A DNA stretch of 45,917 nt, taken from Escherichia phage 2725-N35. Where the stretch lies: sequence record MN840485.1. The stretch is one strand, 5' to 3'. The translations under genes and the position numbers were made by a program. Positions 17,153-26,196 of this stretch are shown piece by piece (the first letter of the stretch is position 1; each line of letters starts with the position of its first letter). The notes beneath the pieces were generated by a model. That model did no database searches and had not been told where the DNA came from. It saw only the letters and a list, made by a program, of their open reading frames with translations.

Positions 17153-20134
17153 TTAGTTAAATCCGCGCAGGTACTGATAAGCTCTGCCACCCTGCTGGAA
17201 AGACTGAGAAATCTCTTCAGCTACAATTGCCTTAACGCCATTTTGCAGCGCCTTGGCCTGCTCTGGGTCACTTCCAATTCCACTATTAACGTTAACCGTA
17301 ATTCCACTAACATTAACATCTGTGCCTCCAGAAACCAAGCCACCATTTGCATAGCCAGAGGGACCACCAACGACACCACCGTTTGCGTAACCTTTCATTA
17401 GAGCGTAAAGGTTCTTAACACCGATTCGACTAGTTGCTTCTTTTGTGAATACAAACTCACCACGGTGTACGGTTCCTGCTGGTTGGTATTTCCCTCCATT
17501 ACCAGTATAACCACCGTTAGCGAATCCACCACCAATCGCAGATGCGATAGAGCCAATCGCGCCACCAGTACCACCAAAGCTACTTAAACTAGACTCGATA
17601 GCCTTAACAATAAGAAGCTGAGCCGCAATCTTAGCAATCTGTTTAAGGATGTTAACAGTGAACTCTCTGAAGTTAGTTTCACCAGTTGTTACAAGGTCAG
17701 TAATCTGGTCAGTAATGCCTTCAAATACTGTGGTGGTTAAACTTCCAGCAATTGAGAATGCATCCGTCGCGCTCTCAGCCCAATTAGCAAAGGATTGGTT
17801 CACACCAGCAAGCCAGTTTTCACGTAGCGCATCTTCCTGAGCATAAAAGTTACGTCTTGCCTCGAGAAGCTGCTGAAAATCCACGTCATCAATTGCGCCA
17901 CCAGCATTAACCTGATTGGACTGAAGAGCCTGAATCTCTTTGGCTCTCTGTTGTTCACGAGAAGATAGACCAGCCCCCAAATCAATGTTTTTTGCTTCGT
18001 TGTTAATCTGAAGAATCTTCTTGCGGTTATCTTCAGCTAACTTATTGGCTCGCTCCTGCAAAACAATCTGATCACCCAATTCAGCCTTCTGCCTGGCCAA
18101 CTCAAGAACTTTATCCTTTTCAATTAGAAGTCTTGCTTGCTCTTTGGTAATTGAGCCATCAAGTTGCCTCTGCTCAAGAATCCTGAATTTAGCCTCCTCC
18201 TGAAGATACTGCTTGCGCTCATTGCTTATTACTGCGCCAATATCCCTATTTTCCTGAAGTACCTTGAGTTGGGCCTGAAGCGCTAGAACGCCAGATTCAT
18301 AACCAATTGTTAAATCTATTTGCTCCTTAACCCTACTATTTTCTTCTTTCCTGTTCTTCTTGATCGCATCAAGCTCATCCTGAAGCGCCTTCTTCCTTTT
18401 TGCAAATTCCTCATCAGTACCTGACTGCTCATTGGTATTCTGATTTTCTCTGCGAGTAACGTAACCAAGCTCTCCCTCTCTGATTCTGGCATCTCGCTCC
18501 TTGATAGACTTCTCTAGCTCAAGGTTTTGCTTCTTGGCGGCATCGATAATCTTCTGCTGCCCCTTGATAACATCATCACCAACGCCATCAAGACCAGGAA
18601 TGTTCTGCAATGCCTGAGTTGCGCTAATTACGAATTCACCAATCAGCGCATCACCCTGATTAATGAAGACCCTGATCTGCTCAATTGTTCCGGCGATTAC
18701 GTCAACAAACAGGTTTAGAGCCCCAACCGTTCTACGGCTAATTGCATCCCAGATATCAGAGATGTACTTTCTGAAATCATTCCAGGCTAGCTCAAGCGGA
18801 GTTAACTGCTCTGCTATGTCGTTAAGGTTGGCTTCCTGCGACTTGCTGAAAATGTCAATTGCGGCGGTAACAGCCTCAACCTCTCCCTTTGTCTTCCTAA
18901 GGTTTTCAATTGTCGTCAACTGCCCCTGAGTGAGGAAGTTAAAGCGCTTATCCAAATCAACCAATCCCTGTATTGGGTCGCTAGCAATCTGGTTGTAGTA
19001 ACCAGTAATTTCCTTTGCATCCTTACCTGTCAACTGCGCCCATCTTGCGGTTGATTTAGTAATCTTGTCAATCTGCGTCAGCGTAAGGTTTCCTTGCTCA
19101 ACAAGGCTCGTTGCGATGCTAGTCACAAGTCCCCTAGTGGCTCCTGTTGCATCAGAAACAGAACTAACCAACTCTCTAACCTGCGAGATTGATGCTATTG
19201 TAGAGTTGTTGGAGAACGCAATTGCGGAGTTTAACGCCCTGAATTCACTTTCAGCCTGAGCCGCACCAACACCAAGAGCTACAAGCGCCCCACCCAAAAC
19301 ACCAACAGCAACATTGAATGGATTTAAGGCTGCAAGCGCGAATCTAAATGTGTTGCCAATACCGCCAAAGCTATCCTTAATCTGCCCACCCTGCTGGATT
19401 GCAATAAGCCAAACAGGCATGCCGCTAGCTAATGACGTGGTAATATCAGTTATCTGTGCCGGAAGCATCCTGATAGCATTCCTGTATTGACCGGCACTTA
19501 ATCCTGATCTCAGAAACGCCTTACTTTGGTTTGCTAATTGAACATTAGCCCTCTCTGAAGCCTCTGCGATTCTGTCAATAATAGGTGCTGCCTGAGAGCT
19601 TACGCCAAGCTGAGAAGCCTGTAACTTTAAGTACTCCTCACGCGTCAATGTTGCCGCTTGAGCCTGTCGCTCAAGTGAAGCAATGAATCTATCAGCTTCA
19701 GCCTTTGCCTTTGCCTTATCCTTTGCGGCTTGAGCTGCCGCCCTACCCTCTTCAGTTAGTGCCGCACGTGAACGGGCGAGCTTTGCATTCTGCGTTTCAA
19801 GAGCCTCGCCTAAGCGGAAAAACTCCTCATCAGGAACTACGCCAGCAGCAAATGCCTTATCAAGTCCTACAGCCGCCTCTTGCAGCTTACGGAACTTTGC
19901 CGCAGTTGGATCAATAGCAGTTTGCAATTTAGCTAAAGATGCTTGTTGCTCAGCAAGTGCGTGAGCGGTATCTCTAGCCTGGTTTTTCGCAACCTGCTCA
20001 GCATTGACGAACTCACTAATACCGGAAGCGGCTTGCTGGTTGGCCTGTCTGAACTTCTGTAGGGATTGCGTACCCCTGTCTACCTGAGATACGTCTACGG
20101 CTAGTGTGATTCCGGCTAATTCATTTGTTGCCAT
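17153..20134 (-). CDS. Tail tape measure protein
   Basis: 993 aa, long coiled-coil-rich (A/Q/E/K/L) sequence, located between the chaperones and the tip genes. Confidence 0.85.
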   Translation of the reverse strand: MATNELAGITLAVDVSQVDRGTQSLQKFRQANQQAASGISEFVNAEQVAKNQARDTAHALAEQQASLAKLQTAIDPTAAKFRKLQEAAVGLDKAFAAGVVPDEEFFRLGEALETQNAKLARSRAALTEEGRAAAQAAKDKAKAKAEADRFIASLERQAQAATLTREEYLKLQASQLGVSSQAAPIIDRIAEASERANVQLANQSKAFLRSGLSAGQYRNAIRMLPAQITDITTSLASGMPVWLIAIQQGGQIKDSFGGIGNTFRFALAALNPFNVAVGVLGGALVALGVGAAQAESEFRALNSAIAFSNNSTIASISQVRELVSSVSDATGATRGLVTSIATSLVEQGNLTLTQIDKITKSTARWAQLTGKDAKEITGYYNQIASDPIQGLVDLDKRFNFLTQGQLTTIENLRKTKGEVEAVTAAIDIFSKSQEANLNDIAEQLTPLELAWNDFRKYISDIWDAISRRTVGALNLFVDVIAGTIEQIRVFINQGDALIGEFVISATQALQNIPGLDGVGDDVIKGQQKIIDAAKKQNLELEKSIKERDARIREGELGYVTRRENQNTNEQSGTDEEFAKRKKALQDELDAIKKNRKEENSRVKEQIDLTIGYESGVLALQAQLKVLQENRDIGAVISNERKQYLQEEAKFRILEQRQLDGSITKEQARLLIEKDKVLELARQKAELGDQIVLQERANKLAEDNRKKILQINNEAKNIDLGAGLSSREQQRAKEIQALQSNQVNAGGAIDDVDFQQLLEARRNFYAQEDALRENWLAGVNQSFANWAESATDAFSIAGSLTTTVFEGITDQITDLVTTGETNFREFTVNILKQIAKIAAQLLIVKAIESSLSSFGGTGGAIGSIASAIGGGFANGGYTGNGGKYQPAGTVHRGEFVFTKEATSRIGVKNLYALMKGYANGGVVGGPSGYANGGLVSGGTDVNVSGITVNVNSGIGSDPEQAKALQNGVKAIVAEEISQSFQQGGRAYQYLRGFN

Positions 20135-20154
20135 CTAAGCCTCCATAATAGAAA

Positions 20155-20180
20155 ACCCGCCGAAGCGGGTTATTTTTTTC
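20155..20180. terminator. Hairpin between the chaperone and tape measure genes, with a strong T-run on the plus (antisense) strand
   Basis: ACCCGC-cgaa-GCGGGT followed by TATTTTTTT on the plus strand. Confidence 0.45.
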
Positions 20181-20481
20181 TCAGGTTATCCATCATCTCA
20201 AGAGCCTTAGCTTCAAGGATGCGTAAATCGCTGAGCACCAATTCTTCTTCAGAGACATTATACACTCTAAAGAGGAAATTTAGCACGTTGTAATCCATCC
20301 CTGTAGCTCCGTTAGCTCCGACTCTCCACTGCGTAGCCATTGAACAATAAATGTCCCACGCTTTCATCATGTTTTCGTCGAAGTTTAAAACTTCAGGCTC
20401 TTCGTCTTCGTAATCAGAGCGGCGCATCCCAATAGCTTCCAGTTCGGCATCAGTTGGCTCTGACTGGTACTGTAGATACAC
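20170..20481 (-). CDS. Tail assembly chaperone, downstream (gpT-like) frame
   Basis: Overlaps the upstream chaperone ORF by 32 nt; no ATG at its 5' end (track starts at GTG), consistent with expression as a frameshift fusion. Confidence 0.55.
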   Translation of the reverse strand: MYLQYQSEPTDAELEAIGMRRSDYEDEEPEVLNFDENMMKAWDIYCSMATQWRVGANGATGMDYNVLNFLFRVYNVSEEELVLSDLRILEAKALEMMDNLRKK

Positions 20482-20803
20482 CGCTCGTTTTAGTTTTTAC
20501 TCGCTGACCAGCAAGTGCTTGCATATAAGCCGTGGTCAGTGCAACGGTTGAAGCTGGGAACAGGTCGGAGAACTCATTAACGTTATCCTCGTTGTATTCC
20601 TCTTCCAAATCCCAATCAGAAGCAATTGCCATAATAAGCTCTTTGGTGCTCAAGTCTTCCTTGTTAAGCAATTCCTGAAGTTCAGAAGTCTTCTTGTGCT
20701 TAACTGTAAAAATAACCTCTACATCCTGGTCGTTAGCCAGCTTGAATTTTACTGGTAGCTTGAAGTCTGGCAGTGCCGCCAGTGAAAGTTTGAACTTTGC
20801 CAT
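20450..20803 (-). CDS. Tail assembly chaperone (gpG-like)
   Basis: 117 aa acidic protein directly upstream of the tape measure gene, downstream of the major tail gene. Confidence 0.65.
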   Translation of the reverse strand: MAKFKLSLAALPDFKLPVKFKLANDQDVEVIFTVKHKKTSELQELLNKEDLSTKELIMAIASDWDLEEEYNEDNVNEFSDLFPASTVALTTAYMQALAGQRVKTKTSGVSTVPVRAN

Positions 20804-20842
20804 TTTTGTTAATCCTCTTATTGTTTGTGAGTATGTATTCTA

Positions 20843-21091
20843 TTACTTAGTGTTTTCTTTTGCAATATTAGCAGCCGAGTCCTTGCAGACCTCTTTGCCA
20901 TATTTCATGATTTGGTCAACTTTACCACCTACAAGTTCCTGGCATGCTCGCTCAGCTTTAGCGAACTCAACAGTATATTTGTTTGCCTTGATATTTGCAT
21001 CAGCCTCACCAGTTGGGTTAACAATCTGAACCACTGCATAAAAAGCAACCAGAACTGCAGCAAGCTTGATGATGTTTTTAACGTTATTCAT
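20843..21091 (-). CDS. Moron: small secreted or membrane-anchored protein
   Basis: 82 aa; N-terminal hydrophobic segment IIKLAAVLVAFYAVVQIV; own P-box promoter and an upstream terminator; inserted between the major tail and chaperone genes. Confidence 0.6.
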   Translation of the reverse strand: MNNVKNIIKLAAVLVAFYAVVQIVNPTGEADANIKANKYTVEFAKAERACQELVGGKVDQIMKYGKEVCKDSAANIAKENTK

Positions 21092-21109
21092 TTCTTTAAT
21101 CTCTCATTT

Positions 21110-21170
21110 CGTTTCGATGAGTTAACTATACAGGAAGATTGGATTAACGCTTTAGCAAAAAGTGCTATGC
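21110..21170 (-). promoter_or_regulatory. P-box promoter for the moron gene
   Basis: ATAGCACTTTTTGCTAAAG, 22 nt, TATAGTTAACTCATCGAAACGAAATGAG. Confidence 0.6.
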
Positions 21171-21175
21171 AATAA

Positions 21176-21201
21176 AAAACCCTCCGAAGAGGGTTTGTGT
21201 T
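21176..21201 (-). terminator. Terminator after the major tail protein gene
   Basis: ACCCTC-ttcg-GAGGGT then T6. Confidence 0.75.
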
Positions 21202-21858
21202 TTAAACTTCCGCTGCAACTGAGGACAGCCGACCATGAATGGATACAGCGATGGATACCGTTTCGATTTCGTTTACGCCGATAGTTGGCGTGTCGTTGAA
21301 AGCGATAGTGCCGGACTGCAAGCGCATTTCACTGGCGCGAGGAACAAACAGACGAATCGCAACAACCTGTCCTGACTCATCATAGTTACGCAGAACCGGA
21401 TAGACCGGGTTGGTGTACTCGTGAGCGAAGGTGAAGGTGTTCGTTACCGCAGACTTATAAGTAGGAATCTGCTGTTCACGGTCACTAGAAAGACACTGGA
21501 AGTTAACGAATTGCTGTTCGCCACCATCAGTAGATACATCCTGAACACAAGGAACTTCGAACCATGAAGTGATCTTAACAACTTCACCAGTTAAACCGGC
21601 CGGGAACTTGGTGGTGCTGGAGGTGTCAATACCTTCAACAGTTACTGACGTATCAGTGATTGCAGTCACTCGAACTTGCTTGTAAGCCAGAAGCGTTGAA
21701 GCAGAAGAGGTGAAAAGCAGGTAATCACCAACGACCAAACCAGAAGCGTTAGATACAGTTAAAACAGGGGTAACTGCGTTAGAAATTGCAGTTACGTCAA
21801 TCGCATCACCGCGAGAGCCTTCTACGAACACCTGAGTGCCGTTTGATAAATGAGCCAT
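21202..21858 (-). CDS. Major tail protein
   Basis: 218 aa, position (lambda gpV equivalent), followed by a strong terminator. Confidence 0.7.
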   Translation of the reverse strand: MAHLSNGTQVFVEGSRGDAIDVTAISNAVTPVLTVSNASGLVVGDYLLFTSSASTLLAYKQVRVTAITDTSVTVEGIDTSSTTKFPAGLTGEVVKITSWFEVPCVQDVSTDGGEQQFVNFQCLSSDREQQIPTYKSAVTNTFTFAHEYTNPVYPVLRNYDESGQVVAIRLFVPRASEMRLQSGTIAFNDTPTIGVNEIETVSIAVSIHGRLSSVAAEV

Positions 21859-21873
21859 GTATTTTTCCTTTTG

Positions 21874-22275
21874 TTAGTCTAGACGAACATAAAAACGAAC
21901 CGGGATAAACCACCCAGATTTGGATTTGATAACCGGGTTAACAATTCCAGACTCATAAATGGTCCCGCTGTCAAGCATTGTACCATCAACGATAGATTCT
22001 GCCAATTGATTAGCGATTTGTCTCGGCTTATCAATACCAGTACCAGGGCTGAAGAAAACAGAAATTTGCACCATTCCAACGTAGTATTTGCACTTCCTGC
22101 TTAGCCCGTAGGTTACAGTGTCAACCTCTGTGTAGTCGTACTTAAGCCAGATTGAGCCGTCAGCAGGGGGAGTAAATGCAGTATTCTCCCACGCAACTGG
22201 ATACCTGACTGGAAATTCATTTACCAACAAATCGTTGACGAATTTCCTTGCTGCTAATGATAATTTATATTGCAC
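21874..22275 (-). CDS. Tail terminator protein (gpU-like), putative
   Basis: 133 aa directly upstream of the major tail gene. Confidence 0.45.
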   Translation of the reverse strand: MQYKLSLAARKFVNDLLVNEFPVRYPVAWENTAFTPPADGSIWLKYDYTEVDTVTYGLSRKCKYYVGMVQISVFFSPGTGIDKPRQIANQLAESIVDGTMLDSGTIYESGIVNPVIKSKSGWFIPVRFYVRLD

Positions 22276-22702
22276 GACGAGCCTCCTCTACAGCTTCCTG
22301 GAAATACCTGCCAAGCCTCGCTTGCACCACGCCCAAAACACCAGACGGAGCCTGATTTGAAGCTCCATACTCAAGGTTGGCTGCGTAATCAAGTCGGTTA
22401 GTAATATAAATAACACTAGTGGCTTTTGAATTGGCTACTGCTCTGGCTTGTCTGGCGAGATATGTTTTTGTCTGCCCGCCAGTCTGATCGTACTCATTCA
22501 GAGACTGCTGGGCTGGTGAGTTTGCGGTAATTTGCCAGTTAGCCTTGAATCTACCAGTGTCGACAGGGGAAAGGTCCACAATTGCGTTGGCTGTCTTGGT
22601 AACCGTGTTGGCGACTACAATTTCAAATCCCTTATCTGCTCTGTTAATCCAGTCAGCAATAGATTTCTCAAAAGTAGCAACGCTTCCAATATTTCTAGCC
22701 AT
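22265..22702 (-). CDS. Tail completion/neck protein, putative
   Basis: Start trimmed to ATG (MARNIG...) with GGTGG SD; position in the connector module. Confidence 0.4.
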   Translation of the reverse strand: MARNIGSVATFEKSIADWINRADKGFEIVVANTVTKTANAIVDLSPVDTGRFKANWQITANSPAQQSLNEYDQTGGQTKTYLARQARAVANSKATSVIYITNRLDYAANLEYGASNQAPSGVLGVVQARLGRYFQEAVEEARRAI

Positions 22703-23066
22703 AAGTAGCCACCCTACGAAGAATCGGTCTGTAACCAACCACTGTACCAGTTGGTTTAACTGGTCGCGGATCAACAACAACAAAAGTCTCGCCATCAACT
22801 TTAATCTGATAACCCTGCTTAATTTCCGCCTGTGCTGTGAAGATTCCGCGCTTATCGCCAAACTGGATAAACTCGCCATCAATATCTCGCGTCTTGATTT
22901 CTCGCACTAAGCCTTTTAGCTGGAATGTTTGCGCTGGCACTTCTACTTCAACGCCATTGACGATTTTAACATATCCAGCACCAGTGCTCATCTCGTAGAC
23001 GCCATTGGCATCACTAAAGAAGTTAATTCCAGCGCGAGTGATTGATTCAATTTCGTTGTAGTTCAT
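22695..23066 (-). CDS. Head-tail adaptor protein, putative
   Basis: Position; ATGA overlap with the upstream gene. Confidence 0.35.
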   Translation of the reverse strand: MNYNEIESITRAGINFFSDANGVYEMSTGAGYVKIVNGVEVEVPAQTFQLKGLVREIKTRDIDGEFIQFGDKRGIFTAQAEIKQGYQIKVDGETFVVVDPRPVKPTGTVVGYRPILRRVATYG

Positions 23067-23464
23067 CGGCAACCGCACCCACCGCCACGAGCGGAAGTAA
23101 TCAGTCCAAAGCCGCCACCTTTCTTGCGGAGAAGTGATTTGTACATACGGCCCCAGGAGGAAGATGATAAATCACCTTGGATTGCTGATTGGTTATCATA
23201 GGTGATAGAGAATTCACCGCTAAGTGCATAACTTGCCATTCTACGGCTGTATGTCTCAAGGCCTTCATTCTCACCCTTAAAAGCGCCATCAGAAAGCATC
23301 AGGTGTAATGCATAAAGGCCCACAGCGCGATCTGCATCATTACCAAGCTTACTCTCACATACGTAGAGACGTGCCAAATCGATCCACACATTAATTGATT
23401 CGTCATCCACTGCCTTGAGCGCAGGAACAAGTGAGCGCATAAACGCCAAAATTGCATCATTCAT
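23063..23464 (-). CDS. Head-tail connector (gp6-like), putative
   Basis: Position downstream of the capsid gene; start set at ATG with GGAG SD (track starts at TTG). Confidence 0.35.
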   Translation of the reverse strand: MNDAILAFMRSLVPALKAVDDESINVWIDLARLYVCESKLGNDADRAVGLYALHLMLSDGAFKGENEGLETYSRRMASYALSGEFSITYDNQSAIQGDLSSSSWGRMYKSLLRKKGGGFGLITSARGGGCGCR

Positions 23465-23505
23465 ATTAACTCCATACAATAAAGGACGCCGAAGCGCCCT
23501 GTTTG

Positions 23506-23751
23506 TTATTTGTACTCGTTGCCAGTCTCAGCTTCGGAGATGGTTTTCGGTTCTTTGCGCTTTTTCTTGCTAACAATTTCTTGCGCGATCTGTTTGGTTG
23601 TTTTTGCGTCACCCTCAATGGTTAGCTTACCCTCTGCAATTAAACGCTTGAGTCCGTCGCAAATTACATCAACCTCGAAAGTGTCACCAGGCAGATATTT
23701 CTCACCCTTATAAACGATAAGGCAAGCGCCAGTGTGTTCTAAACGAATCAT
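23506..23751 (-). CDS. Hypothetical small structural-module protein
   Basis: 81 aa ORF between the capsid and connector genes. Confidence 0.4.
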   Translation of the reverse strand: MIRLEHTGACLIVYKGEKYLPGDTFEVDVICDGLKRLIAEGKLTIEGDAKTTKQIAQEIVSKKKRKEPKTISEAETGNEYK

Positions 23752-23812
23752 TTTTGTCTCCTTTGTTTATCTGATTGAGTGATTATAACTCAACAAATCC
23801 ATTTGGTACAGA

Positions 23813-23843
23813 CGTAAAAAAGCCCTACGAAGAGGGCCATTTA
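23813..23843 (-). terminator. Terminator after the major capsid gene
   Basis: GCCCTC-ttcg-(T)AGGGC then T6. Confidence 0.7.
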
Positions 23844-24785
23844 TTACTCGTAGGTAATGCCTTTCATTACTGCCATCGTCAGAGGACGATATAAAATCAA
23901 ACCTGTAGCCTTAGAGGTTACGGGGTACTTAAAGTGCAAGTCCTTAGGTTGACCAGGAAGCACATTGGTAGCCTCTGGAATCTCGATAGACATATTGAGC
24001 GGGTTCTTCTCAAATGCCAGGGCAGCCTTACCACCTGCGCCATCGTAGTTATCCAGGAACTGAAGATAACGCAGATTGATACCAGAGTTGTTGGTAGCGA
24101 ACAGCTGAGCGTAACTGATAGAGGTGTTAGGAACCAGCTCTTGCATCAGGCGGCGAGCGGAAGCAGGTAGCAAGATATCAGTTGCGGTGTGAGTTCCATT
24201 AGTCGAAGTCTCGATTGCATCAATAAGTGCGGTAATATCAGTCATGGCGGCAGCTGCGGAGTTCCACGTACCAGCAACAACGTTGTTTATGTTCGGGTGG
24301 TCGAATACGCTAGGAATGCCGTGCGGAGCAGAGCCAGACCAAACCAGTTTGTCCAGCAGGTTATCGTGCGCTTCGAAAGCCAGTGCTTGCTTGCGAGTTG
24401 ACAGAGACTGACCAGTTGCGGCGCCTGCTTTAATTTCATCGGTAGAAATCAGGAATGCGTTACCGAAACGGAACACTTTACCTTGTTTCTCGGTCATGAA
24501 AGCGTCAACCAGCGGCAAGTCGTCAGAGTAATCAGCGATAATCTGAGCGATACCAACACCATCAAATTCTGGGTATTCGAAATATTTCGCATGACCAGGG
24601 ATTTCATTGGTCACAGGGAAGATATTAACAACGGAGTTGTCTGCATATTCTTTTTCGTAAGCTCGTGCCAGATTGGCGGTCAGTTGCTTAACAGTCCAGA
24701 TACCAGCGGCATCTGCTTTCTCTACGCCCATTTGCTCGAGGTGAGCGGTGATTTTTGCTTGTTCTGCATCAAATTTAATGGCCAT
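23844..24785 (-). CDS. Major capsid protein, putative
   Basis: 313 aa; position between the head morphogenesis and connector genes; flanked by a terminator. Confidence 0.55.
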   Translation of the reverse strand: MAIKFDAEQAKITAHLEQMGVEKADAAGIWTVKQLTANLARAYEKEYADNSVVNIFPVTNEIPGHAKYFEYPEFDGVGIAQIIADYSDDLPLVDAFMTEKQGKVFRFGNAFLISTDEIKAGAATGQSLSTRKQALAFEAHDNLLDKLVWSGSAPHGIPSVFDHPNINNVVAGTWNSAAAAMTDITALIDAIETSTNGTHTATDILLPASARRLMQELVPNTSISYAQLFATNNSGINLRYLQFLDNYDGAGGKAALAFEKNPLNMSIEIPEATNVLPGQPKDLHFKYPVTSKATGLILYRPLTMAVMKGITYE

Positions 24786-24877
24786 TCTTTATTGTTCCTT
24801 TTCAGTTAGGTGTCTACGAGCTTATTATACAGTAGGGCGACCGCAAATCAATAGATAAGTTAGCTGCCCATAATGTG

Positions 24878-25567
24878 TTAGCTCGCGATAATCTTAGCTA
24901 CTCGAAGCTGCGCCAGGAGGTCGTTTACTTTAGTGACTACTGCGTTAACTGCCGCAGTAGCCGAGGTGGCAACTGCTTCCGCGTCAGCACCTGTCACAGT
25001 CTGACTCACAACGTTAGCGACAGCCGCGCCAGCAACAAACTTGTTTCCAGGCATGGCGTTTTTCGCTCCAGCACCGATCTGGATAACGCCAGCCTCAGTG
25101 GTGCTTGCGGCAGGAAGGCTGGCTACAGGAACGACACCACCAATGTTAGCCAGCGTCTTATTTCCAGCCATAGCTTGGTTTGCGCCAGTGCCAACAATCG
25201 GTGCAAAAGTGGCTGGTTTTCCGGTCACGTCACCCCAAGCTACTGAAACAGATCCGCCCGAACTTCCTTTATATGCATAAGCAAATAGCTGACCAGCATC
25301 AAGACTCAGGCTTGATGTATCAATGGTGAATCCGTCATCAGATGCTTCCTCGATAGCGTCGAACAACTTACGCATACTTGTGGAAGTGATCACCTTAGCT
25401 TCAGTGATTGAGCTATCAGCGCCCTTAGCAACAACGATGGAATATGACTGTGAGCCATTTACCGTGATTTTACTTACTGGCTGAAAGCCTGCCGTGATTG
25501 CCGCTTGCAGCAGTGTATTGAATCGACCGCTATCTGCACTGATAGCCTTAACTTCTGTGTAAGCCAT
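24878..25567 (-). CDS. Head-module structural protein (possible decoration/fibre-like protein)
   Basis: 229 aa; A/G/V-rich C-terminal half with 'WGDVTGKPATFAP' motif; role uncertain. Confidence 0.3.
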   Translation of the reverse strand: MAYTEVKAISADSGRFNTLLQAAITAGFQPVSKITVNGSQSYSIVVAKGADSSITEAKVITSTSMRKLFDAIEEASDDGFTIDTSSLSLDAGQLFAYAYKGSSGGSVSVAWGDVTGKPATFAPIVGTGANQAMAGNKTLANIGGVVPVASLPAASTTEAGVIQIGAGAKNAMPGNKFVAGAAVANVVSQTVTGADAEAVATSATAAVNAVVTKVNDLLAQLRVAKIIAS

Positions 25568-25624
25568 GATTTATCTCCTTTTCTAAGTGAGAATTGAATA
25601 TAACATAGGCGTAATTTGATTACA

Positions 25625-25660
25625 AAAAAACCTCCCGAAGGAGGCTTTATATATCTTAAT
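25625..25660 (-). terminator. Terminator-like hairpin after the 25663..26184 gene
   Basis: CCTCC-ttcg-GGAGG then T7. Confidence 0.6.
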
Positions 25661-25662
25661 TA

Positions 25663-26184
25663 TTAAACAGCGACAGTTGAGTCTGCTGATTGAATCAACT
25701 GAACCTCAACCATTGCACCATCAACGCTTTCACCTTGCTTAATTGGGTCAGCGCCGCCAGCGTAAGCCGACACATAGCCACCAGCAAATGTAAAACCAGT
25801 TTCCCAGGTAGTGGTAGCAGCCTCAGCAGCAACAACGCCACTCGCGTTTACGTAAACCTTACTACCAAAAACTGGCGCAGCCGCTAGAGTTGTACGAACC
25901 CAGATTCGACCGTGTGTCATCACGTTAACCGCTTCATTTACGCGAGCGGTGCCATCTGGAGTCTCATAATGAGATTTAACAACAACACCGTAAGGTTTAA
26001 CTGGTGTGCCAGTCACAGCAGGAAGCCCAACAACTTTGTGACCATCTACAGGCTGAGCGGATGTAACGCCAACAAAAGTGCCAACCGGAATGGCTGCTGC
26101 GCCGCCAACTACGCAAGCGCCGTCGATGTTGTACAGAGAAGTATCAGAAACCATACCAGCCAGTGCTACGGAACGAATTGCCAT
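25663..26184 (-). CDS. Head-module protein (possible decoration or scaffold-like)
   Basis: 173 aa, G/A/V-rich; position only. Confidence 0.3.
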   Translation of the reverse strand: MAIRSVALAGMVSDTSLYNIDGACVVGGAAAIPVGTFVGVTSAQPVDGHKVVGLPAVTGTPVKPYGVVVKSHYETPDGTARVNEAVNVMTHGRIWVRTTLAAAPVFGSKVYVNASGVVAAEAATTTWETGFTFAGGYVSAYAGGADPIKQGESVDGAMVEVQLIQSADSTVAV

Positions 26185-26196
26185 GTTTATAACTCC

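Noticed and set aside
11190-20134. Numerous 60-120-aa plus-strand track ORFs inside the J-like and tape measure genes (e.g. 12110..12340, 13445..13756, 17649..17840, 18663..18929, 19705..19917)
   Set aside because: Antisense to long conserved structural genes; no independent signals.
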